Below, one piece after another: positions 52,484 through 61,210 of a stretch of DNA of 64,000 nt (position 1 is the stretch's first letter; every line of letters starts with the position of its first letter). The notes under the pieces are model-generated. The model saw nothing but the letters and a program-made list of their open reading frames with translations. It searched no databases and was not told where the DNA came from. Position numbers and translations under genes: made by a program. The stretch comes from Planctomycetota bacterium (GTDB lineage Bacteria; Planctomycetota; B15-G4): contig JAQWOM010000055.1 in NCBI GenBank assembly GCA_029245865.1, positions 73,976 to 137,975 on the forward strand. The letters are read 5' to 3'.

Positions 52484-53374
52484 ATGGAGCCAAGACTGGG
52501 TAGGGGGCTTGATAGCCTCATTGCGAAAACTGTTCGGTCAGAGAGAGGCGCGTCTCCACAGGAAATCCCTGTCGGGGAGATCCGGGCGAATCCGCGCCAG
52601 CCTCGCCGATTCATCGACGAACAGGCGCTTGAGGGGCTAGCGGCATCCATTCAAAACCACGGAGTGCTGCAGCCGGTTGTCGTGCGTCGTGTGGAGAAGG
52701 GGTACGAACTGGTGGCCGGGGAGCGCCGCTTGCGTGCGAGCCGCCTTGCCGGAAGGGCCACGGTGCCCGCCACGGTGGTCGATGCCGAGGGCATTCGGTC
52801 GCTCGAATTGGCCTTGATAGAGAACATTCAGCGCGAAAATCTCTCTGCTCTCGATGAAGCAGCTGCTTATCAGCAGCTCGTGCTGAGTACAGGAGTCACC
52901 CATCAAGAGCTGGCGAAGCGGGTCGGCAAGAGCCGGACGGCGGTGACAAACGCGCTGCGGTTGTTGGAGTTGCCCGAGGGGGTTCACGACCACCTGGCCT
53001 CGGGAGAGCTCTCTGCGGGGCAGGCGAGAGCCCTGCTTGCAGCACATGGGCCAGATCAGATGCTGGAGCTTGCAGAGGCAGCAATCCGCAATCGATGGTC
53101 AGTTCGAGAGGTTGAGGAGTCTGTCCGTGGCGGGGAGCCACCGGCCCCACGCAAGCCCCGAGCGACGAAATCCAAGCAGGGGGCCTCGGAGGCGATGCCC
53201 CAGATGAAGCGCCAGAAGCACTACGAAGAAGAACTTCGCCTTCGGTTCGGTACGAAGGTCCGGATTTTGGACCGGGGCGGTCGAGGTGAGGTGAGCTTCA
53301 GCTTTTTTACAGAGAAGGACCGCGAGCGGCTGATTCACCTGCTGTTGATGGCGGGTGAAGCCGAGGCGCCCTGA
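52484..53374 (+). CDS. parB: Chromosome partitioning protein ParB (Spo0J)
   Basis: The ParB-box blocks IRANPRQPRRFIDEQALEGLAASIQNHGVLQPVVVR and LVAGERRLRASRLAG, an HTH and a C-terminal dimerization region are present. Confidence 0.9.
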   Translation: MEPRLGRGLDSLIAKTVRSERGASPQEIPVGEIRANPRQPRRFIDEQALEGLAASIQNHGVLQPVVVRRVEKGYELVAGERRLRASRLAGRATVPATVVDAEGIRSLELALIENIQRENLSALDEAAAYQQLVLSTGVTHQELAKRVGKSRTAVTNALRLLELPEGVHDHLASGELSAGQARALLAAHGPDQMLELAEAAIRNRWSVREVEESVRGGEPPAPRKPRATKSKQGASEAMPQMKRQKHYEEELRLRFGTKVRILDRGGRGEVSFSFFTEKDRERLIHLLLMAGEAEAP

Positions 53375-53403
53375 TCTCGAAAGGCCGAAAGCCTTCGGTC
53401 CGC

Positions 53404-53793
53404 TCAGTTCGGGGTTCCTGGGACCGCCGCTGCCTGTGAATCTGCGGCATAGGACTTGAGCGCCGGAAGCACTTCGGAGAGCAGTTTGGAGGCGGGGTGG
53501 CCGGGGTAGCCCTTGACGGTGGACTGGGCCACCTGGGCGGCGCGCTGAAGGTCGTCGAGGCTGCCTTCCTCGTAGAGAGCCAGGGTGAGGTCCAAGGCAA
53601 TCCAGGGCTCCGCCTCTGTTCCGACGGAAGCCTCTCGGGCGATCTCGAGCGCCTCGACCGGGTTGGCCTGGCCCAGGGCGCTGCCGAGCCGATTCCAGGC
53701 CTCGGTCTGCTTGCTCTCACGGTACTCAAAGAAGACGACCATGGCGATTGCGATCACAGCAACAGCCGTGATGGTTCGAATCCAGCGATTCAT
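53404..53793 (-). CDS. Small N-terminally anchored membrane protein with a helical/TPR-like periplasmic domain
   Basis: It has a TM helix (IRTITAVAVIAIAMVVFF) followed by a helical domain of about 100 aa. Confidence 0.4.
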   Translation of the reverse strand: MNRWIRTITAVAVIAIAMVVFFEYRESKQTEAWNRLGSALGQANPVEALEIAREASVGTEAEPWIALDLTLALYEEGSLDDLQRAAQVAQSTVKGYPGHPASKLLSEVLPALKSYAADSQAAAVPGTPN

Positions 53794-54160
53794 CGGCGCT
53801 GACCCTCCAAGCCGCGAAGAACGACGTAAGTTAGATGCCTTTTGAGGTGAACTTAGGGCCGTTAGGCCTCAGATGCACCCATTGTGCCGGCAATTTGAGG
53901 GGCGCATGGTGCCCTTCCGCGCGAGATTCAGCAAGTCCACATCAGGCGAGAGAGTGTCGATTTGATGTCGGCTGCCTCCAGTCTCTTGTGGTCGTGCAAG
54001 CCCTTTCGCGATCATCCCACGGATCAGGTGTGAGCTCTCGATCCTCAGGCGATCGGTGTGCTGCACTTAACTGGATGCCCCGCTTGCGGGGTGCTGGCGC
54101 TTTTCTCAGTTCTTTTGAGAAGGAGCGCCTCACAGCTTCACTGCACCAAAGACTCTGGAG

Positions 54161-56380
54161 ATGAAGACCATGCTGGTCGCTATTACGCTTTCTATGGCCC
54201 TGTTTGCCACGCCGGCGCCTTCGCCCTCGGACCCGGCGGAACTCTTGCCAGCGGGCAGCTTGCTGTATGTCGGAACCGACAGCATCAAGGCGGGCTCTGA
54301 AGCGTCGAAGAACACCGCGATGTCGAAAATTCTCGACGAAGCAGAGGTGCGAGCCTTCCTCCATCGGCCGACAAGGGCGGCCGAAGCCGTCATGAAGCTG
54401 ATGATGGAGCAAGCCAGCTCAGAACTGGGCGACATGCCAGGCCTTGCCGGTCTCTCCGACTCAGAAATGAATCTTGAGCTGGATTTGAATCCCTCGGAGT
54501 CCGTGGGCTTGAGCCTGGGGCAAGGCTTCGTGGCATTGACTCATTTCGCCATGCCTTCCGAGAGCACGCCGATGCCTGACGTCGGGTTGGTGGTGGGCGT
54601 TCAACTCTTCGACAAGAGCCAGATTTCCATACTGAAGGGAATGTGGAGTGCCATCCCTTCCCCAGATGCCGCAGGCCAGTATGGCGGGGTGGACTACTCG
54701 TCCAAACTCATCCCCGAAACACCCATGTCGGTGCAGCTCGCGTTCCTTGGGGATCTGGCAGTCGTCAGCCTGTCCGAAGAGTCGTTGCACGGGATCATCG
54801 ACCGTTTTCAGGGCAAGGCTCCCTCGGGTTCGAGTCTCGCGGAGAGCTCCGACTTCCGCGCCATGCTGAAGGCGGCCGGAGGATCGACGAGTGGGGGCAT
54901 GACCAGCTTCATGCGTGTCGGCTCCTTGATGGAGATTGCTCGGCAAGGAGTGGTCCTGGCCCTTGTGATGGATGGAGGAGGACCCGAGCAACTGCAAGCC
55001 GTCGACATGGTTTTTGACGGCCTTGGACTGGATGCGATTCGAATGGCGGGCGGAACTTCGGCTGTCGGCAAAGACGGGCTGATCTACAGCACCTCGGTGG
55101 TGTCTCTTGACCATGCGGCGGCGGGTCTTCTTCCGAGCATGATGGGCTCTGTGGGCACGCTGGCAGAAGGAGGCCTCGGTCAAATCCCCGGGGACGCGAT
55201 CTCAGCAAGTCTGTGGACGATGGGTAGCGAACTCGTCAGCGTTTATGACTTTGGAATGCAGATGACCGCCGCCATCGAGGGCCCCGAGCAGAGCGCTGGA
55301 TTGGAAATGATGCTCGCGGCCATGCTTGGGGGCGCAAGCTTGCGTGACGACTTGCTGGGGAACCTGCACGGAGAGTCGATGTACTACAGCGTTCCCGGGC
55401 AGGGTTTCACCGGGGCGCCTGAATCGGTGTTCAAGATCGGAGTTCGCGACGGAGAGAAATTCGTCAGCTTGCTCGAAGCACTGCTGGCCCTTATCTCGTC
55501 CGAGGGCAACATGCCGGTCAAGCTCACATCGACTGAAGATGAGCAGGGCACCAAGCTTTACGAGCTTGATCTTTCCCAGACGCCTGCGGGGGCCTTGATG
55601 AAGCCTTCGTTCGCCATTCGAGATGGCGAGATGTATGCCTCCGATCAGATGAGCCGCCTGAAGAGTGTCATGAAGAGCGGCCCGGACGAAGCCAAGAGTC
55701 TTGGCAAGAACACAGGCCTGTCAGCCTTTCTGAAGGGCCTCGGGGAGGGCGTGGAGTTGCAGTCTGTAGGCTTTGCAAACAATGCGGAGGGCTTCAGCAC
55801 ACAGTACGGACAGGTTGCCCAGTTCCTTCCCATGGTCGGAGCCATGGCAGGAAATATCCCGGTGGATTTCGCGAAGTTGCCGCCCGAGAAAACGATCACG
55901 CAATATCTCGGGGAGTCTTATTCGGCGCAGTACACGGATGCCAGCGGGCTGTTTGTCAATCACGAGGTCACGCAGTTCCAAGCCTCGGACTTCTTGCCGA
56001 TTGTGCTTGTCGCCGGGCTTGTGGGCCTTGGACAGGCTGAGCCCCAGTTTGCGCCGAGCGAAATCTCCGTAGAAGAGGAAGCGCTGGATCCCGCGAAGCA
56101 GGCGCAACTCGACCTGCGGGAACTCAAGGCGGCCTGCACGGTCTATAAGATTTCCACGGGCGGATATCCGGAAAGCCTGGGGGCCTTGCTCGAACCGCTT
56201 CCGGACTATGAGGAAGGAGCTCTTCCAAGGGACTCCCTTCCGACAGACCCCTGGGGGAACCCGTACTACTTCGCACTTGAGGTTCCGGCCGGCAAGACGA
56301 AAGCGAAGCCGAAGCTCTGGAGCGCTGGAGCAAACGGGGTCAACGAAAACGGCGAAGGTGACGATATCCTCAAGTTCTAA
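54161..56380 (+). CDS. Secreted 739-aa protein with a C-terminal type II secretion GspG-like (pseudopilin globular) domain and no N-terminal prepilin helix
   Basis: It has a cleavable signal peptide (MKTMLVAITLSMALFATPAPSP). The C-terminus KAACTVYKISTGGYPESLGALLEPLP...LPTDPWGNPYYFALEVPAGKTKAKPKLWSAGANGVNENGEGDDI matches the T2SS_G signature (DPWGNPY.Y ... S.G.DG ... GDDI). Confidence 0.6.
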   Translation: MKTMLVAITLSMALFATPAPSPSDPAELLPAGSLLYVGTDSIKAGSEASKNTAMSKILDEAEVRAFLHRPTRAAEAVMKLMMEQASSELGDMPGLAGLSDSEMNLELDLNPSESVGLSLGQGFVALTHFAMPSESTPMPDVGLVVGVQLFDKSQISILKGMWSAIPSPDAAGQYGGVDYSSKLIPETPMSVQLAFLGDLAVVSLSEESLHGIIDRFQGKAPSGSSLAESSDFRAMLKAAGGSTSGGMTSFMRVGSLMEIARQGVVLALVMDGGGPEQLQAVDMVFDGLGLDAIRMAGGTSAVGKDGLIYSTSVVSLDHAAAGLLPSMMGSVGTLAEGGLGQIPGDAISASLWTMGSELVSVYDFGMQMTAAIEGPEQSAGLEMMLAAMLGGASLRDDLLGNLHGESMYYSVPGQGFTGAPESVFKIGVRDGEKFVSLLEALLALISSEGNMPVKLTSTEDEQGTKLYELDLSQTPAGALMKPSFAIRDGEMYASDQMSRLKSVMKSGPDEAKSLGKNTGLSAFLKGLGEGVELQSVGFANNAEGFSTQYGQVAQFLPMVGAMAGNIPVDFAKLPPEKTITQYLGESYSAQYTDASGLFVNHEVTQFQASDFLPIVLVAGLVGLGQAEPQFAPSEISVEEEALDPAKQAQLDLRELKAACTVYKISTGGYPESLGALLEPLPDYEEGALPRDSLPTDPWGNPYYFALEVPAGKTKAKPKLWSAGANGVNENGEGDDILKF

Positions 56381-56402
56381 CGCCGCCGCCTGAACAAACC
56401 CG

Positions 56403-57086
56403 ATGGCTGGACAACGGAAAGCCAAGACTGAGCACGGCTTCAAGCAGGAATTCCTGAGCCGCGTGGCCGGTTTTGTGAACCGGGTCATGACGGCGACTTG
56501 CCGCACGCACTTGGTCCACCCGACCTATCACTCGCGCCGGCTCACAGGAGAGTCGGTGCGTTGCATCTACGCGGGCTGGCACAACAACCTCTGGCACGGG
56601 ACGATCCCGCTGCAAGGCCAGGGAAACTGGGTACTGGTGAGCAGCCATCGGGACGGAGAGATCATTGCGCGCATGCTGGGGCGCCGAGGCTTTGGCCTGG
56701 TGCGCGGCTCGAGCACTCGAGGAGGCCTCAAGGCCTTGCGTGACTTTGCTCGCGCGGCCCAGGGCGGTCAGGGGGACCTCATCGTGACCCTCGATGGTCC
56801 CAAGGGCCCCGCCCGGGTTGCAAAATCCGGGGCTCTGTTTACGGCGAGCCTGACCGGATTGCCCATCGTTCCGGTCGGAATGTGGGTTGATCGAGCGTGG
56901 CGCCTGAAGAGCTGGGACCGACTCGTGATCGGCAAGCCCTTCAGCCGGGTCACGGTCTTCTATGGCGAAGAGTTGCGGATTCCGCGGGGCGTTCCGAGGG
57001 AAGAGCTCGAGACCACCTATCGAAAACAGCTCGAAGAGGCCATGGCCGAGGTGGAGAAGGCCGCGCGAGATGCTGCCGTTGGCTGA
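56403..57086 (+). CDS. DUF374-type lysophospholipid acyltransferase-like protein
   Basis: The protein is about 227 aa. The blocks WHNNLWHGTIPLQGQGNWVLVSSHRDGEIIARML and LIVTLDGPKGPARVAKSG fit the DUF374/LPLAT-like pattern. Confidence 0.55.
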   Translation: MAGQRKAKTEHGFKQEFLSRVAGFVNRVMTATCRTHLVHPTYHSRRLTGESVRCIYAGWHNNLWHGTIPLQGQGNWVLVSSHRDGEIIARMLGRRGFGLVRGSSTRGGLKALRDFARAAQGGQGDLIVTLDGPKGPARVAKSGALFTASLTGLPIVPVGMWVDRAWRLKSWDRLVIGKPFSRVTVFYGEELRIPRGVPREELETTYRKQLEEAMAEVEKAARDAAVG

Positions 57087-57167
57087 TGAGAGGCGCTTGT
57101 CCTTGCTACACTCCTCGCCCTGCGGCCGCTTGGCCCGCAACGTCGCGCCGACTTCGGAGAACCACTC

Positions 57168-58106
57168 GTGACGGCTCCTGCCCCTGACACGGACTCATTC
57201 GCAGGTCGCGATCTCATTTCAATGCGCGACTACAAGCGCGATGAGCTCTTGGCCTTTCTGGATGAAGCCACTTTCTATGAGGGCTATCAGGAGCCCCTCC
57301 TCAAAGGGAAGGTTCTGGCGAGCCTGTTTTTTGAGCCTTCGACTCGAACACAGTTGTCGTTTGCCTCGGCCATGCAACGCCTCGGAGGCAGCACGCTTGG
57401 CTTCTCAGACGCCAAGCTTTCGTCCATGGCAAAGGGTGAGTCACTTAGCGACACGATCCGAGTGGTCGAGAGTTACTGCGACATCATCTTGATTCGCCAC
57501 CCGCGCGAAGGTGCGGCACGCCTGGCCTCCGAGAGCACCAGCCTCCCGGTGATCAACGCGGGGGATGGAACCAATCAGCACCCCAGCCAGACGTTGCTTG
57601 ACCTTTACACGGTCCGGCAGACAAGAGGCCGTCTCGACAATCTGAAAATCGCATTCATCGGCGACCTGAAATACAGCCGCACGGTGCATTCGCTCATTGA
57701 GACGCTGACTCACTTTGACAATGAGATCTTCCTCGTCTCACCGCAGTCTCTGCGGACACCTCCGGAATTTATCGAGGAACTCGACGCCCGTGGAACCGTG
57801 TACACGGAAGACGAGGACTTCTTCTCGATCGCTTCGGACGTAGACATCATCTACACGACACGCATCCAGCAAGAGCGCTTTCCAGATCCGATCGAATACG
57901 AAAAAGTTAAGAACGCCTATCGAATCGATCGCGAGGCCATCGAGCGCGTTGGTGCGGATGTCACTCTGATGCACCCTCTGCCACGCTTGAACGAGATCAG
58001 TACCGACCTGGATGACTACCCGGGGGCGGCCTACTTTGACCAGGCGAAGAACGGCGTGACCGTTCGGAAAGCCATCCTTTCTCTGCTGCTGGGAGCCTCT
58101 CGATGA
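57168..58106 (+). CDS. pyrB: Aspartate carbamoyltransferase catalytic subunit
   Basis: The carbamoyl-phosphate motif FFEPSTRTQLSF and the motifs HPSQTLLD and HPLP are present. The product is 312 aa from a GTG start. Confidence 0.9.
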   Translation: MTAPAPDTDSFAGRDLISMRDYKRDELLAFLDEATFYEGYQEPLLKGKVLASLFFEPSTRTQLSFASAMQRLGGSTLGFSDAKLSSMAKGESLSDTIRVVESYCDIILIRHPREGAARLASESTSLPVINAGDGTNQHPSQTLLDLYTVRQTRGRLDNLKIAFIGDLKYSRTVHSLIETLTHFDNEIFLVSPQSLRTPPEFIEELDARGTVYTEDEDFFSIASDVDIIYTTRIQQERFPDPIEYEKVKNAYRIDREAIERVGADVTLMHPLPRLNEISTDLDDYPGAAYFDQAKNGVTVRKAILSLLLGASR

Positions 58107-58570
58107 CCGAGAAGGGCGCGGCAGAGCCACTGATTCGCGTCTCCGCCCTTTCGGAGGGGACCGTGATCGACCATCTCGTGGCGGGCACCGCATTGAAGGT
58201 GCTGGACATCCTCGGAATTGAATTCGAAGGCGCAGTGACCATCGGCATGAATCTCGAAAGCCGAAAGATGGGTCAGAAGGACATCATCAAGATCGAGCAC
58301 CGAGAGGTTTCGCCCAATGAAGTCGCAAAGATTGCGGTGGTGTCACCGCGCGCTTCGTTTTCGATCATCCGAGATTTCAAGGTGGTCGAAAAATTCTCAC
58401 CGACTCCGCCGAAGCTGATCGAAGGTTTGATCTGGTGCAAGAATCCTTCCTGCATCTCGCGAGAGGATCGAGTGAAGTCCAAGTTCGTTGTGGTGAGGAT
58501 GGATCCGCTACAAATCCGTTGCCACTATTGTGAGCGTTCTCAGCGGAAAGAAGAGATTGAACTCCTGTGA
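58103..58570 (+). CDS. pyrI: Aspartate carbamoyltransferase regulatory subunit
   Basis: The PyrI N-domain (VSALSEGTVIDHL) and a C-terminal zinc domain with 4 Cys (CKNPSC...CHYC) are present. It overlaps the pyrB stop by 4 nt. Confidence 0.85.
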   Translation: MTEKGAAEPLIRVSALSEGTVIDHLVAGTALKVLDILGIEFEGAVTIGMNLESRKMGQKDIIKIEHREVSPNEVAKIAVVSPRASFSIIRDFKVVEKFSPTPPKLIEGLIWCKNPSCISREDRVKSKFVVVRMDPLQIRCHYCERSQRKEEIELL

Positions 58571-60195
58571 AAGCGACTGAGAGCATCATCATCGATGGCT
58601 ATGACCTGTTGGCGGAAAATGACCGCCTGGCGTTTGAGGACCAGACTGTCTGCGGGCGAACGATCAACCGGGGAACTGCAACGGTTTCGACCGAGGGAAC
58701 GCCCCACCCGGACTACGAAGACATCAAGAAGGCCCACGAAGAGAACATTCTTCCCAACACACTGACTCACGCCGAAAGCCCGGTGATTGATTTTAGTTAC
58801 CCGGTCGCAGGAATGTTTGTCGACTCGGCAGTGGGCACCTATCTCGACCTGTATCAGGGGGTCGCACAGAAGCTTGTTTGCGAACACAACCCCGCCTATG
58901 GGAAGAGCATTCGCGCTCTTTCAGAAAATGGCCTCACCTTTCGACGCGAGATCAACACCGACGACTTCGTGTTTTTCAGCAAGCCCATAGAGCATGTGCA
59001 TACGCCGCAAGAACTGGCGATGCTCGTGAACGGCCTGGCTGAAAAGGCCTTTCCAGAGACCGGCCCCTTTCGATGTTTCTTCTCGAACAGTGGCGCTGAA
59101 GCCGGAGAGGCAGCGCTCAAGCTGGCCATGCTTCACCGGTACCGCGAGTTTGTCCGGAAGTACGGCGAGGACGTGCTTTCCCGCGTGATGCATGACCTCG
59201 GTATCGCTCGGGATACCTTTTACGATCAGGACAATTCTCTGCCCGACATCGTTTATCGCGATTATCCCTTCTTTGTATTTGCGTGCGAGCAGGCATTTCA
59301 CGGCCGCACGATGGGCGTCCTCAACATGACGCGCTCGAAGAAAGCGCAACACATCGGTTACTGGAAATCGCGCTGGATTCGCCATGTGCCATTCAATGGC
59401 GATGTCATGGATTTCACGGATCAGATTGACGACCGGAGCATCACCGAGATTCTGGAATCGCCCGGAGGAGTGGCGGGAGTGATCGCTTCGGGCAAGGTTC
59501 CGGTTGATCTGGCCGCGGCCTTCATGACGGAGGTCTATCAGGGAGAGGGCGGCTACATCATTGCCGACAAGGCCTGGCTCGCGAGCGTTGCAGCAGCTGC
59601 TCGTGGCCGGGGCATTTTGTTTGGCACCGACGAGGTCCAGTCATTCGGCCGCACGGGCCGTCTCTTTGCCACGGAGCACACCGGAGTCGATCCTGATGTG
59701 ACCTGGATGGCGAAGTCTGCTGTTCTCGGAATCACTGTGGTGCGCGCCGATCTGGCTGAAGACTGTCATGTCGGCTGGCACAGCAACACCTTCGGCAGTG
59801 GCAAGCTGTTTGACGTCAACATGGCTCACACGACCATCGAGCTGCTGACAGATTCCAAAGACGACCTTTTTGAGGGGCGCTCTTACCTCGAGAATTCTCG
59901 TATCAAGGGCGAATACGTCCGCATGAAATTGGCCGAGCTCTCGGCGAAGCACCCCGACATCTTCCCCGAGTTTTCCGGATTGGGTGGTATGTGGGGCCTG
60001 ACAGTCCGGCATCGGGCGGAAATCATTGAGATGGGCTGGCAGATGGGAGTCAAGCTGCTCGGATGTGGTGGCTCGGGAGAGTCTTCCCGCCTTCGGATCT
60101 TGCTGCTCGTTGATGTACTGACCCGCGAAATCGACAGCTTTATTGACGCTCTGGACAGAGTGTTCGAAGCGGTTGCGAAGAATCACCCCGAGTGA
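58567..60195 (+). CDS. Class-III (omega-type) PLP-dependent aminotransferase family protein, N-terminally extended. The start is uncertain.
   Basis: The blocks FFSNSGAEAGEAALKLA and FHGRTMGVLNMT, and the C-terminal small domain, are present. At 542 aa it is longer than typical members. Confidence 0.65.
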   Translation: MKATESIIIDGYDLLAENDRLAFEDQTVCGRTINRGTATVSTEGTPHPDYEDIKKAHEENILPNTLTHAESPVIDFSYPVAGMFVDSAVGTYLDLYQGVAQKLVCEHNPAYGKSIRALSENGLTFRREINTDDFVFFSKPIEHVHTPQELAMLVNGLAEKAFPETGPFRCFFSNSGAEAGEAALKLAMLHRYREFVRKYGEDVLSRVMHDLGIARDTFYDQDNSLPDIVYRDYPFFVFACEQAFHGRTMGVLNMTRSKKAQHIGYWKSRWIRHVPFNGDVMDFTDQIDDRSITEILESPGGVAGVIASGKVPVDLAAAFMTEVYQGEGGYIIADKAWLASVAAAARGRGILFGTDEVQSFGRTGRLFATEHTGVDPDVTWMAKSAVLGITVVRADLAEDCHVGWHSNTFGSGKLFDVNMAHTTIELLTDSKDDLFEGRSYLENSRIKGEYVRMKLAELSAKHPDIFPEFSGLGGMWGLTVRHRAEIIEMGWQMGVKLLGCGGSGESSRLRILLLVDVLTREIDSFIDALDRVFEAVAKNHPE

Positions 60196-60219
60196 CGAGC
60201 CACAGCGGAGCGGCGTCGC

Positions 60220-61065
60220 TCAGCTGCCGTCCGCCCGCGTCATCGAAACAGACTCGAGACGCACGGTGTGTGAGGTCTGCTCGCCCTGAGGCAACTGGCC
60301 CCTCTCGGTGTATCCCGTCAGCATGACGAGGCCCTCGACGGTTTCGTGCTCAAGGCTGATCGTGATGACATTCCGCATGGAGCCCATTTCTTGGGTTGCC
60401 GTTAACTGCTGAAGCACGAGGGTCGTGTCTGTTGCAGAGGCTGGCTGCCACGCGTGTTCGTAAGAAATGTTCATCGAGACGCCGCCCTGCTCGAGCTTCA
60501 TTTCGGACCTCACGGGCACGGCATCAGCATCGAAGAACCAGTCGAGGGAGGGTGAGCCAGCTTGCTGGCTATTTGGCTCAAAGTGGACCTGGAAAAGTTC
60601 ACCGTCGAGTCCGGCCAACGAGGGCTTGTAGTCCTTGAGGACCTCTTTGAAGAGGTCGTTGTTCACGTAACGCAAGATTTGGCGTCCTTGCGCCTCGAGC
60701 TGGAGGGCAATGGCCTCGGACTGGGGCGAAAGCTCGGAGGGGAGGACGCTGGAGATGGTGGCGCGAATCTCTGGCTCAGAGGCAGTGGACCACGCCACGG
60801 CGACCTCCCCGAGGTGTATGGCTTCGCCGTTTGGTGAGCCCATGCGAATCGGGACCGCAAAGGAGAGACTTTTAAGCCCGGCTTTTCGGATGTCATAGAG
60901 CCTCTGCTGGGACCGATCGATCAGCGACCGGGCCTCTTGCTCGGAATTCACGACGGCGCCCAGGGGCCCTCCCGGCGGTGAAGAAGGCCCGGAAGGGTGG
61001 CCCTCGGCCGCTTCTTGGAGGGGGGCGGCGAGGAGAGCCAGGTTCAGGCAGGCGATTAGGAGCAT
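60220..61065 (-). CDS. Secreted hypothetical protein (281 aa)
   Basis: It has a signal peptide (MLLIACLNLALLAAP). I recognize no family. Confidence 0.4.
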   Translation of the reverse strand: MLLIACLNLALLAAPLQEAAEGHPSGPSSPPGGPLGAVVNSEQEARSLIDRSQQRLYDIRKAGLKSLSFAVPIRMGSPNGEAIHLGEVAVAWSTASEPEIRATISSVLPSELSPQSEAIALQLEAQGRQILRYVNNDLFKEVLKDYKPSLAGLDGELFQVHFEPNSQQAGSPSLDWFFDADAVPVRSEMKLEQGGVSMNISYEHAWQPASATDTTLVLQQLTATQEMGSMRNVITISLEHETVEGLVMLTGYTERGQLPQGEQTSHTVRLESVSMTRADGS

Positions 61066-61210
61066 CTTGGGTCGCTCTCCAGGAGGCGCTCAGGGCAAGA
61101 GTGAGCGTATCGCAGGTCCGCTTAACCGACCATGGCCGCTTTGGTTTCGTGGCGGCGATGTCTGCGGATGGCTAGAATCAACGATCCCACTGAGGAGTGA
61201 CACCAAGAGT

